Source: Curvularia clavata (Eukaryota). From it: a DNA stretch of 64,000 bases. The notes beneath the pieces were generated by a model. That model was not told the DNA's origin, ran no database searches, and saw nothing but the letters and a program-made list of their open reading frames with translations. The stretch covers positions 1,426,001 to 1,490,000 of the forward strand of contig CP089276.1 in the NCBI GenBank assembly GCA_023920165.1, read 5' to 3'. Shown here one piece after another: positions 36,170 through 48,285 of the stretch (its first letter is position 1; each line of letters starts with the position of its first letter). The translations under genes and the position numbers were made by a program.

Positions 36170-38500
36170 TCTCACTTGTCGCGTTTTACTGTTGATGTGT
36201 CGCGGTAATAGCAACGTATATTCTCTCACTTGTGAAGTAATAGTAATGTGTGTTGGGGCTGTGTCTCTGGCGTATTTTGGAATATATTGTTGTTTGGTGG
36301 TATGTATCTAGGTGCGTTTTTAGGGACGATTTGGTCTGTTTTGATGTATAGCTTTATGGCTTTCTCTAGTAATTTAATTTTTTTGGACGACTTTGAGTTT
36401 ATTAATCTGGATGATTGAGGTACTGTCTTTGTATAACCTGTTCTTTAGTGTTGATAGTAGATCCGCGATGTGTTGGATGCGCTTTTTTGTTGCTTGCTTG
36501 TTAATGCTAATCGGCTGTGATTTTGGTTCTGCTATTTTGGTTTTTAAGTCTGGAGATATGATTGCCTATCTTGCTCTGTCCTGTTCTAATTTGAATCTGG
36601 AATCCGCGGTTTTCTGACCGGTTAGGTAGGGATTGGCTGTGCCTGATTCTCTGGTAGCGTTCTGCTTTCGGCTGAAGGTGAAGGGGTTTGGGTTGGTATT
36701 GGGTGTGCCTAATCCTCTGGCGACGTCCTGCTCTCGGTTGTTGGCTGAAGGGTCGGGCATTCTGGGTGTTGCAGAAGATGCGGTTTGACTGATTCGATGA
36801 GGTTCGGGATAGAGGTGGTTGAGTGGAGAGGTGTAGTGGAGAGGTGTAGTGGAGAAGTTGCCGGTGGTTTTGTATATATATACCTATTAAAATTGGCGGT
36901 GGTAGGTGTTGCGTCTCTCACCTAATCTCTAATTTACCTTTACCTGTTGCTTCGCGTTTCCGTAATTTCCGGAACATGCGCTATAATATAGTCGTTAAAA
37001 GGTATGATATCTGGGTCACTGTGGTGATTTGGCCGCTCTACTTTATAGCCACTATCATAAATTCGTCGCGTTCTTAACCGGCTATCGAATTTCGCGTTTT
37101 TCAAGTTATTCCAGTTCGTTTGGGGGTAAAATAGTTTGTGATAGTAGTAGTAAAGGCGAAGTTTATTATAGAGGTAAAGAAATTTAACGTTATCGCGTTT
37201 TAAGGCAGTGTTAAAGGCGTGGGTTTTGTTTTCGTAGTTCATACAATTCAGTCGTTTCCGGCATGTCCTTCTCGCAGTTATCGTTTCTTTGTAGGCAAGC
37301 TGGACAATATCAGATATATGCTTCGAGCCGCCGTATCAACTTCTAGATAAAGAAACAGACGTTCATCTAGGTGTATACTCTTTAAAAGCCTTAATAATAT
37401 TATTCGTCGTGATCTATTTGAAGATTTCCTTTCTGATTCTATCTAGAATATGTAATCGTTATATGCTGGTTTCCCCGTGCTAGTAATATATAAGGCCGTC
37501 CTGGATTATGAAACTGAGTCCCACGAGTGGCTTAGTATCATTGTCTAGCTTCGTTCCGGACTCCTCCTATTCGTCGTCTGGCTTAGAAGTCTCGAGTATT
37601 TGTTTTATCCATTACTATATTAGATCTTCGTATTACATTAAATACATAGTTAAGGTCTTCTAGGAAGTCACTTTGTTCGTTTTGTTCCGTATTAATCAGG
37701 TCTATCACCAGAAAATGATGAGGCCTTTTATTTTTGTCTCCTTAAATCGTTCATTTCTGTGTTTTGCGCTTTTAAAAATCTAATTGGGAAGTCGTTTCTA
37801 TAGTTAGCTTTTTGTGAGGCCAGCCTTCCGGTTTGTGCCAGTCGAGAGTGTACAGTTTTGGCTATCAGTCACCTTACTGTCGGATGTCGTGATGGTACTA
37901 TAAAGATGCGATATAGTTTAGAGTAGCTTTGCTAGATATCGCTTCAGGTTCTAGTTTGATACGGTAATCTGCTGGTAATTATTACGTCTACTCTTCCGTT
38001 GGGATAAGGGTTTAAGTTTTAGAGCAATTAAGTTCCCTGCCTTAAATCTACTTAATAAATCTTTTATTTTTGTATAGCTCCAATCCTTCCCATATCAATT
38101 CGGCTGTATCTGCATACAGAGCCTCGGCTGCTCTGTAGCGTCCTTCCGTAATCAATACCTGAAAGATCGGGTATCCTAGTAGTATAGAGCGCCGTCATGT
38201 TCTTTGTATTTCATTAGAGATAGAGGTCTTCTAGATTGTGGGCTAATATCTGCTGTAATGGCGTATAGATATGCGATTGCTTATGCCAAGTTCAGTATTT
38301 CTAGAGGAATAAGGGCCTCGTGGTCCAGACTTAAGTCGACGTATACCGTGACATATTTGGCGATCAGTTTGACTTAGTCCGATAATAGCAGCAGTTCTGA
38401 TCCTATCGATGTTCGATATTTACAGTTTTAGTTCGTTATACGGAGTGATTAACATCGTCAAGCTATGGTTACTATAGGGTAGTTGCTTGGTTTTCGTTTA
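36170..38500 (-). mobile_element. Degenerate Gypsy-like LTR retrotransposon relic with long 3' region
   Basis: Stop-ridden pol-like translation on the minus strand (FIIQDGLIYY...RKEIF; YCPACLQ, integrase zinc-binding-like) and strong TpA enrichment. Its 3' region is homologous to 52839-53025. Boundaries approximate. Confidence 0.6.
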
Positions 38501-38599
38501 GTAGGCTCCTCAATTAGGCGTCGTGGTTGCTATTTTAGATGCTCTAGGGCTTCTAGATTAGATCGGTTGGTTCGGGCTGTCCTGCGCTTTCAGATAGGT

Positions 38600-41527
38600 G
38601 TGCACTGGTACCCTAGCACACCCGGTGGAAGAAATAACTGGGACCGCAAAATGCCTTGGCGCATTACGACATCTCTGCAGCCCACCAAAACAGCATAAAA
38701 TATATTATGTTTGTTGTCCCAAACCGAATGGGCCTTCTCCCCGATTGGGGCATCTTGTGACAGCGTTATTGTCTTCGATGACAATTCCCAGGATGAGAGG
38801 GAACTTGAGGAGGATCCTAGGGCCGAAAGGCCACATCCTTGGTTTCTAAGATGACATGTCGATCCGGGATGTTTACGTGTTTGATCTTTATTGATTTGCC
38901 ACAAACAACAGAAATGCCAACTTCTGAGCGGTGCAAAAGCTTGGAGTCAGGTTTGCGTGCTTCCTCAGGAATGCGGACATGAACTGATTGACCGAGCAGA
39001 TGCAAATGCTTAACTGAAGGCTTCTTTCCCAGAAGGAGCCGATACAGTGTGTCAGATCTATCACTTCTTTATTCCACTTTTCAGGTTATGAGCCCGGCGC
39101 TCAACCCTACCACCCCGCCGCTGCAGGTTTGTTCCTTCTGATACCTGTCCCTGTGTTATGCGCTTTTCTGATCTGTATACTGCGTCTCAGCCGCTGCCTC
39201 GCTGCCGCTGCATCGCCACCGGTGAAGCTCTGCATGCAATCATTCCTGTCTGATATTCCCGGAAAGCCTATTTGATTGCTATCTGCTGGTATCTCTGCTC
39301 GCTGGTTGCTTGGCTACCTTTACCTTGCTTGCGTCCTCGAAAGTGTCAAGAAAGGCAAGTACATCCTTACTATGATGTTATTAAGCTTCAACTTCAAGAT
39401 TGACCCTGCGTCCCTCTCTATGCTCTCTCTAAGAGGTGAAAACTATATTGAGTAGGAAACCTTTTGAATAATCGCATCCCGCTATGCTGGGATTCTGAGT
39501 ATCGTCAATGGCAAGTGTACTAGAATAAGCCCTATCGATGAAGCCGTAGACAAAGAGAGCTATAATGAAAAAACTCTTGTCATGATCCCGTCGATGCATG
39601 CTGACCTTACCGCCTATGTCTTAAGCTATGAAACCGCAGCAGAAGCTTGGAACTTCCTCGCCGGCAGGTTTGACCGAGATACTGGCAACACTCCTATTTA
39701 GCTTTTTCGTTTGGTCACCAATCTGAGGCATCAAGATGCTGATGACCTCCGGCAATAGATCGATGAGTTCTATAGCCTCGGGTTGAGGACGTATAAACGC
39801 TGACTGATTTCAAAACACAAGGTGGCACAGTCAATCAGGAAAATCTTCGATTTAGACAAAGTCAAGCGTTCATTCTTCCTCATGACCCTTCCTGACACTA
39901 TAGATTATATCGTCGACAACTTGAGCACGCGAAACTTGACCTTTTTTGCCGAGATCAAATTTAAGCTCCTGAATCTTGCCGAATAGCACAGTTTGGAAGT
40001 TGATTTATTAGTCTATGCAAATCCAAAGCCCCGAGGTTCTGGCTCCAGCAGCCAGCCTAGGACGAATATATACACACCAAACCCCCGAGCTGTCTTAATG
40101 ACCTCCCCGTCGAACCGCGAATACATATGGTGCCGAAAACACAATTTCATACTTGTTGGATATCTGCACACCAAATGTGACCGGTTGAGGGAATGGAAGT
40201 AAAAGAAGGCACATAACTAGACCAAATCGGATGTATGTTCTATGGCTTTTCGAAAGAAGGCCAAAGGGGACTAGGCTTAGGATTTCGTCTACATCTTTGA
40301 TGATAAACATTTAGGTAGCGGAGATGAATATATTCTCCGGTTGCGTCAATGAAAATGCAAGACTACTTCGAGCAGCAAGTGTATATGTCGATACCCTTCT
40401 AAGTGAATCTCCGTTTTCTGGATCATGGCTTTTTGATTTGAGAGCCTCACGGTATATGTCTGGTAATATTGATGGCTTTGTTTTTTGTATCCCGGCAAAG
40501 GAACATCCATCGTAGCTGGCCAAACCAAATTCCCGGTTGATGGCTGGGGTACCGTCCGCCTGATCTGCTTGCCCTCTGACGGTTTAACACGTTCCTTAGA
40601 ACTGACCAAGGTTCTCTACAGTAAACGGCTGCATACCACCCGACTCTTTAGCTGGCCGTACATCTGGAACTGGGACTTCAACTTTCTGATAAAGGTCACC
40701 ACATCTCCCTATTCAAGGAAGACGGCACACATGTATGTTGGGCGAAATACACCACGTGGCTTGATGGAGATCTAGATCTCAGATTTTATCTAGTTATTGC
40801 CTTCTAGCACTGTTGCATTCGTATCCTACTAGGAGTTCTATCACACCGTTGGAAATTTCCAAACTCTCTATCCCGAACGTACCTACGCAGGTGCCAACCT
40901 CATTCTAAGAGCATCTGAGGGCTTTTTCTGCGATTAATTTGATTTCGCGAATTCCATTCACGGGAAGCCGAAGGAAAGGATATCCAGAGATGTCAAGCCT
41001 TTCCAAACCATCCATTCTGATCTGTCTGGAAATTTTTCACGGGCTCCGCTTGCCGGCTCTCAATACTTCATTTCGTTTATTAATGAAGCAACTCGATATG
41101 CATGGGTAAAGTTTTTGAAGTCCAAATCGGATGCCATTTAAGCTGTGAAGGACTTCATCGCCATGGCACAGCGACAGCATGACACCAAAATCATGAAATT
41201 CCAAATCAATGGAGGTGGTGAGTATCTCAACAAGAAGCTCCAAGCATACTTCGACCGTCTGGGCATTGTGCATCGCGTCACCCCGCCATACAGCCATGAG
41301 TCCAATGGTCTGGCAGACAGGTTCAACCGGACCATCATGACGTTTGCCAGAACGATGCCGGATGATCACAAACATCTGTTCTTGTGGTCAGAAGTAATTT
41401 CAACTGCTGTCTTTCTCAAGAACATTGTTGTGCATAGTGCTCTTTCTGTCTGGGTGGAAGAATTTCATTGTACGTATACCGGGCTAGTTCATACCTTGAA
41501 TGTACCATGCATAACTGCCTCATAACA
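38600..41527. mobile_element. Truncated Ty1/Copia retrotransposon with internal inversion (39053-41448)
   Basis: On +: LTR end CA then PBS GGTTATGAGCCC (39084-39095), gag (AAEAWNFLAGRF), protease-like WLFDLRASRYMSG and integrase core IHSDLSG...GGGEY...ESNGLADRFNRTI. On -: integrase C-terminus GKKPSVKHLHLLGQSVHVRIPEE..KL at <=39052, and LTR start TGTT at 41527. Confidence 0.9.
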
Positions 41528-42191
41528 AGAGATACAATCTGAGCAGTATCGCTCCCCAGGCTTCCGGATACTCTAAATCTTCCCTTCTGAACTACAAGAC
41601 TGATTCGATTCGGAAGAGAAGCGTGCAGAGCACTATTTTTCCCGGTTTGAGTACTTTTGTACCTTCCTCTTCTTTGCAACTTGGTTAGACATCTACTTCT
41701 TGAGGCACGCTATACATCTGTAATAATCCATAGAACCTAAGAAAATTCTTAAAGTTCGACCATAAGTACCAGGATCTAGCTCCTGAGATAGCTGTTGGTA
41801 TGTTAGAGATTATACAGAGTAGCCCTGATCCTGAAGAAACTGATTACATCTCCCTGAGTCTTTCGCCGATAATGCCGGCTTTCTACGGCAAATTTCTATA
41901 GTGTTTTTACTCCCATAATTTCTTCTGCTAGTAAAGCCTAGCCACGACTTTTAGAGATTCCATTGGATTGGAATCAGTCGCGATGAGAAGGAAATCTTAT
42001 GGTGTTTCATAAACTTAGCCGCCCCCTTCACGCGCGCTTTTTTGGGGATCTCGAATTTTAAAAAGGTATTTCCAGACATAGGGAACAGGATAGAATTAAA
42101 AATAATTAAGATTGATGGCGTGGTAGCGGAATTCTAAGCTATTGTAATCAAGAAGTTTTACTGTCGTCATTGACTTTGGTGGGTTGACACG

Positions 42192-43091
42192 TGTCGAGGC
42201 TCCTACGGTCCCGGTTATTTCTTTCACCGGCTAGGCAGTCGATTTAGTTGATGCGGCGAGCAAATGGATTGTGGATGTTCAAGTGCCAAATATTCTTTGT
42301 GTGAATGTGACTGACGTGGGAGATCGTGTTGCTCCTTGATTGTGTGATATAATGTTTTTTGTCTACTTAAAGTGATTGCCAACAAAAAAAAGTATGACAT
42401 AAAAAGGTGGTATAAACAGCCTGGCGCACTGCCATTCGGCTCTATCAGTCTCGCTTTCTACATTTGCTAATAGCACTTTGTTTTTCCAAGACAACACACT
42501 ATAAATATCCCCTTTCCAAGAACATCAAATCTCCTTGTGGAAAGAAAAGAAAAAGGTATTCATTCTCGCACTGAGCGTTGACGAAGGCATTGCAAACCTT
42601 GTGTTGTTTTCCTTGCTGCTGATGGTAGATTGCTTAAGGGAGAAGGGGGAGGGGGAGGGGGGGAGGATTACAAAATGAAAAGGTGAAGCCTGTATCCATT
42701 TGATAGAAAAAAAAAGAAGAAAAGCAAGGAATGTACAAGAAAGTTGAGAAAAAAAGTGGTTAACGGTTTAATAAAGTCTCTGAATCTGGGTAGAAGGCCT
42801 CCAAATCCAGTAAAGCCGGGAAATCAACACAAGGTTACCTACGCTATCAACGCAGTAAAAAGACACTGTGACAACTACCGCTACCTTTAATAGTAGTTGC
42901 GAGCGCTTAAACATGGTAGATAGATCATAAGTGACTGTGGCAAATACAGCAACTGTTTAAAAAACTGAGGTTTTGTAAGGTGCTGTTTGCTATTTCCCGG
43001 TTTGACTAGTCATGGGAAGGGGGAAAGAAAGAGACGGTACTTAACGGAACCGTCTCATTTCAAACCCATCAGTGCGCGATCGCACCGGTGG
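42192..43091. repeat. Left arm of inverted duplication (MscS 3' end plus downstream region)
   Basis: Reverse complement aligns colinearly with 53105-54118, with many transitions and several indels. Confidence 0.92.
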
Positions 43092-46023
43092 ACTAAAGGT
43101 CCTTTCTGAATCCGCAGTGGTAGGAGGTAGCGCGCCCGACGCACCGGGAGCGTCAACACTAGCTCGCACTGCGTTGGCAGATACAAGTCCCGATCGCGGA
43201 TCCATGGTGTTTGTTCTTGGCGGGGTATCATAGTCAGTTGCTTCCGGGATATCAGCCATTGCGGATTCCTCGTCGTTGCCGTGACGGTTGCGGCCGAAGA
43301 AGCGGTTACGATGCGTGCGTTCGCGCATCGTGGAAGATGCGTTTGTGCTTACGCGCTGGAGACTGGAGCTGCGGCCGCTTTCCTGGGAGTTGCGACCGGT
43401 GCGATCCGTAGAGTGGTTAGGAGAAGTAACACGGATGACGGTGGCACGTGTGCGAGACTCGTTGTCTCGGTCTTCGAGGACGTCGCCGCTGGGGTCGTCG
43501 AGGCCGACGGATTTCATGCCCAGAGAAAAGTCGACGCGGCGGCCCATTTGCGAAAGTGTCTCGGGAGCTCGTGTGCCCGGTTGACGCAGGATGGAGCCTC
43601 GGCGGCCGGGACCGCCAGTGCCTGCAGATGTGGGAGCAGCGCTGTCGGCAGTACCCTCTGCAGGAGTCACGAAAGGCTGGTCTTGGGGTTCGTTGCGAAT
43701 GCGGCCGTTGGGTTGATCCGGGGTGCCGTTGATGCCAACACCAGGTGTAGCAGGGTTTTGCAGGTTCTGGAGATAGACAGGGAACGACTCCTTTTGACCG
43801 GGGTAGCGCATACGGGGGCCTTCGATTTCGCACTCTTGTATAGCCATGGTGAGAGCGCAGATGAACTTGTTGCGACGCTGCAACCTGAGCAATTCGTTCT
43901 GCCAGTTAGACTTGTAGAAGAAGACGACGTTGAGTTCAAGCCAGTGGACTTCCTGCACGGCACGGAGTTCAGTGAGAATGTTGGTCTGATATTCGCGCTT
44001 CTCGGAGGTGACGAATTCAAGAAGGACGTTACGGAGACGCTCGATCTGTTCCAGGGTAGTACCAAACTTGATGATAATAGGAATGGCCTCGGCAAGGGCA
44101 CCTGAACGACGGTGGTTGAGAATAAACAGCGTGTTAAGGTAGCTGTTAGGTGCTTGGACAATGTGACCTTGCATCTTCTTGAACTCAGTGTAGAAGAGAG
44201 CGATTTCCTTGACGAAGTAGTCATCACCTCGGCCGAGATCACCAGTGTTACCGTAGACAGTGACACGGTCACCGACATCGTAAGGGTGCTTGACAAAGAC
44301 GAAGATGCACGACTGCAGGAACTCCTGAGCAGTCGCAGAGAAGAGCCAGGACAGAGCGAGCAGAGCCGACCCGGCCGATGTGAGTACACCCGCAGCCGAA
44401 GTCGAGATAAGCGAGATGAAGACGATGATGGTGATAATGACAACAATGAAGATAAAGACATCATCCAGTTTGGAGACGACGCTGTCAAGATCCTTGAGAG
44501 AGGCAGTAATCGACTTGCGTTCACGGCCAATCTCCACGCAGACAGCTTCGAGTTCTTCCATGGAAATGTCACCGTTCATATCCTTGTCGAACATGGAAAA
44601 CGCAGCTGTGGCTTCCTCGTCGCTGTCGAAAGCGTTGTTCAGGTCTTCAGGGTGCACAGTCTCAGTTTCGGGACGGGCAAAGGTCCGGTATAGGCGACGG
44701 GCTAGTACTTGGGCACCGCTCGTAGTACCAATCAGCTGTAAGACGACTTGGTGTGGGTGGCCACTGTTAGTGACCTGGCGACCAGTGAAATCCCCAGCAA
44801 CCTTTCCAGCAATATCTCCGAACTTATTGAAGCCAACCTTGATATTCTTCTGTGCCTCTGTCAATACCTGGCCAGGAGTGCGGGCGCCAGAACGCGGCTG
44901 CTGGTCGTTCTGCTCGAACTCGGAGTCTTCCATGGCAATCTTCTCCTTGGAGAATTTGTACAGCTTGGTGAGACTGCCGATTTGAAACTTGTTCAGCTCG
45001 ATTCTGTCTTGGTATGTCCGAAGATGGAAACTGATGGCGATGAGCTGGATGATGATCTTTTCAATAAAGTTGAGAACAAAACCAACAAAGAGGGACACGA
45101 GGACCTTGTTCATGTCGCGTTCCCATTCTTTGACCGTCTTGTTTCCATCCAGATGGTGGTTCGTCATAGTTGGGAGGAAAGAGATTTCAATGGCCAGCCA
45201 CCAGAAGAACAGGGTAGCTGGGAGCTCGAGCTGCTTGCCCATATCCCTCCACTTCTTGCTGTTGTTTGTGAAAAGACTAGAGATGAGTCCAATTGGCCAG
45301 GGGAGTAGCTTAGCCAGCACCTATTGATGTTAATTAGCGGCTGGGAATGCTATAATGCAAGGCGAAACTTACCCTGCCTGCCCAAAGTGTCAACCAAACG
45401 ATCATGAGCCAGATGGAAAACCAAACCAGCTTGACACCACCGACAGTAGCCTCTTTGAAGGCCAATGCTCCGACCAGCAGAGGTATCAAGATGATCAGCA
45501 CCATGGGCGTGATATACGTGAAATATCTGACTAGCCATGAGGAGTTGTGGACCCTTTTGAAGAACTTGGAGAAACTTGTGGTAGGGTTTTCTGGTGGCTT
45601 GTAGCGAGCTGCCTGCTCGTGCAATGGGTTCGTAGCCGCATCGAAGTCGTCTACAAGGTCCTCGCGGCGAGATCGAACTCGAGTCATGGACCGGTTCATG
45701 GAGTGGTTTCTCATGAGAGCCTCTTTCTCGTCGAGCCCTTGCTCAATTGCAAGCACGGCGAGGTCATCGTTGAGCCTGCTTGCCTGCTCGCGGGTTTGCG
45801 TGGGTGATTGAACGCCCTTCATGGACATGAGGTCTGGTTCGGTATCAACAGTGAGGTGTGCGCCCGAATGCGATCGGTTGTGCTGTGGTCGTGGGTTAGT
45901 GTCCAGGTGTGGTGGGTGGTGTTCGTCACCATAAACAGTGCCGTCCTCGTCGGAAGATCGCTGGTGGTGGTTACTGTCCATGTCGTAGGTCGGCTCAGGC
46001 CTCTCGATGTTTGGGGTTGTCAT
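43041..46023 (-). CDS. MscS-like mechanosensitive ion channel (fungal Msy1/2 type, EF-hand)
   Basis: EF-hand [13 protein letters not shown] and MscS motif [14 protein letters not shown]...APNSYL. Intron 45321-45372. Confidence 0.93.
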
Positions 46024-48285
46024 GGCGAGTAAGCAGACTCAGTCCGCGATCGTCGCAAATAGCAATCGGCGCGATAAGGGGACCGCGGTAGCCCTGGCGA
46101 GGAACCCAGGATATTATACCGTGCAAGTAGTTATCAACAGGTCCTGAAACGAGTGTTTGTTTTTTTCCGTCAGGGTCAATGAGCAATCGACAGCTCGGGG
46201 TGCCCGTTCTGCCGTTCCTGGACAAAGAGCGAGCTAGCGAGAGGGAATGGTGTGACGTCAGGTGTGGGACGTCGCGTTCGCCAGGGGATGCTAGCGAATG
46301 ACTGGTATGAATGTGTGGTATAGTGCAGCAATTAGTCGAGGGCGAGAGAGAGAAAAGAGAAAAGACGAGAGAAAGGATGGTGGAGGGCAGCAGTACAGTA
46401 TGTAGGACTGGGGTGGAGCTCGCACTGGGGTTAAAGGAGCAACGCGAGGCAGCGCCGGGGCAGTGATTATTTTTGGGGACGTAGCGATCAGAGATGGCAA
46501 TGCCAATCCCTTGCCAGACTGCAGTGGGCACAAAAACTGGGTCGCAAAGGGTCGGCGGACGAGTCTGTGGCCATGGCAAAGTCGACGGTGGGTCTCATCG
46601 CACCGTCTAGAATGTCTGGAAGGTCTGTTGGGACTGGGTTTGAGTAGCAAAATGCGTAGAACGATCAAATGTGCACCAACCAGAGGCAAGCTGTACGCAA
46701 CCTCCCTGTCGCCGTCCCAAGACGCCGCCATCTTGTGTCTTTGCGATACGGCAATACTTTAGTGTCGTGGCAGCTGTGTCGTCCGGCGCCGTTGGGACCT
46801 TCGCGCCGCTCCAGCAGGTGGCGCCAGCCACCGACGTCACACAGCATTCTATGCAGGTCCCGCACATGGCTTTAGTCGCTCTTTTTCACAAGAGAAAAAA
46901 AAATTGTGCCTTGAATTAAGGTAGAGACTGAGAGCCGCAAGTGGCCGGTGACGTTTCGGAGCAGTTCAGCACGACTCCTTTTTGTCCCAAGTCCAATCGG
47001 TTTGCAGCCGCGTGTCGCCGACTCTACCAGGTTCCAGGGCAAAAAAGTTTCCCAGCACTTTCTTATCTTTAATTTCAGGGTCAGGCTGCTTATCGTCCCA
47101 TCCAGTTTCAGAGAAAAACCCTCCAGCTTACACAAAAAGCTTGTCGCGCGCCGATCCTAATCCCGCCCCCTGCATAGCCAAGGCATCCCAGGCGATCGCG
47201 TCGTGGGGGTGTCCCTTTTGAGATCGATTGCGCCAACTCCAGCAAAAGGATCGCATTCTCCAGTTTACAGGACCCGCCAAATCCTGACTCTTCTCCATTC
47301 TTTCTCGCAACAGGGTCGTTCTGGCCATTGCAACGGGACTCACGTTCCCAGTTCCCTGCGTTGCCGGCACTAGACTTACTCATGGCCATCACGAACGCGA
47401 CTCCCTGAGGTCGTACTAACATATCCATTGCAAGCTTTACGAGCGAGTGGAACCCTCGGCTCTCCATCTATCCTTCATCAACGCCCAGGGCTGTAGATGC
47501 GACGTGTCCTCGCAGCCCCAGGACTAAGCGATACGTTGTAAAGATTCGTGGTGGAGGCCGCATTCCCGGATCGCACAACCTGCCGGTTCCGTTTTGCCAA
47601 TTGTGGGCCATTGCCGTCATACTTTGTACAACTCAAGAGATCGTCTTGTCGTCTGGAGCAGATACACACAATGCCGAGGTAGAGAGTACCCTGATTCTTG
47701 GCGCAAAAGCATGTGTCTCCGCACTGAAAACGCGGAGTTGTCTTATTTTTGTCTCCCCGTATTGCCCGGGTAGAATGATGTCAGTTGTCGCAACTCACGT
47801 TCGATGTAACAGCATCATCAGGTTGGAAGCGTAGAAAATTCATGACCAGCCCTTGCATTAGCTTTTTGAGCCGTCTCAGAGCCGTCTCTTTGACAGCCGA
47901 GTGCCGTGGTAGTGTACGAAGTAGTCGTCTGCAAGGCTTGGCATAATCATGTCATAGTTTATGACGATGGCGCACCAAGACCTTTTGCCGTCGCTAACAT
48001 GCTTCTTCCAAACTCATGCCTAGGGCACTGGCTTGCATGGCGATAGGTGTGCTTTATGCTATGTTCTACCGTAAAATACGTTGATGTGCGGTTGCATAAA
48101 TTTTACATACGTTTGACTGGCGCTATGGGAGAGAATATCACAGCATTCTATATTGGGTATAGCGCTGCCTCAGAACGATTCCAAGTTCTGGAAACGAATG
48201 ATAGTATGTGAGTTGAGATCAACTTACCGCATGACTATCCTGCATATATTTACATGGTACTTCCCTCACCCCTTCCTGCTTGAGC

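Noticed and set aside
41560..42140. Possible decayed tubulin copy next to the left inverted arm (ends ...DGVVAEF*)
   Set aside because: No alignable similarity to the tubulin CDS by eye; origin unresolved.
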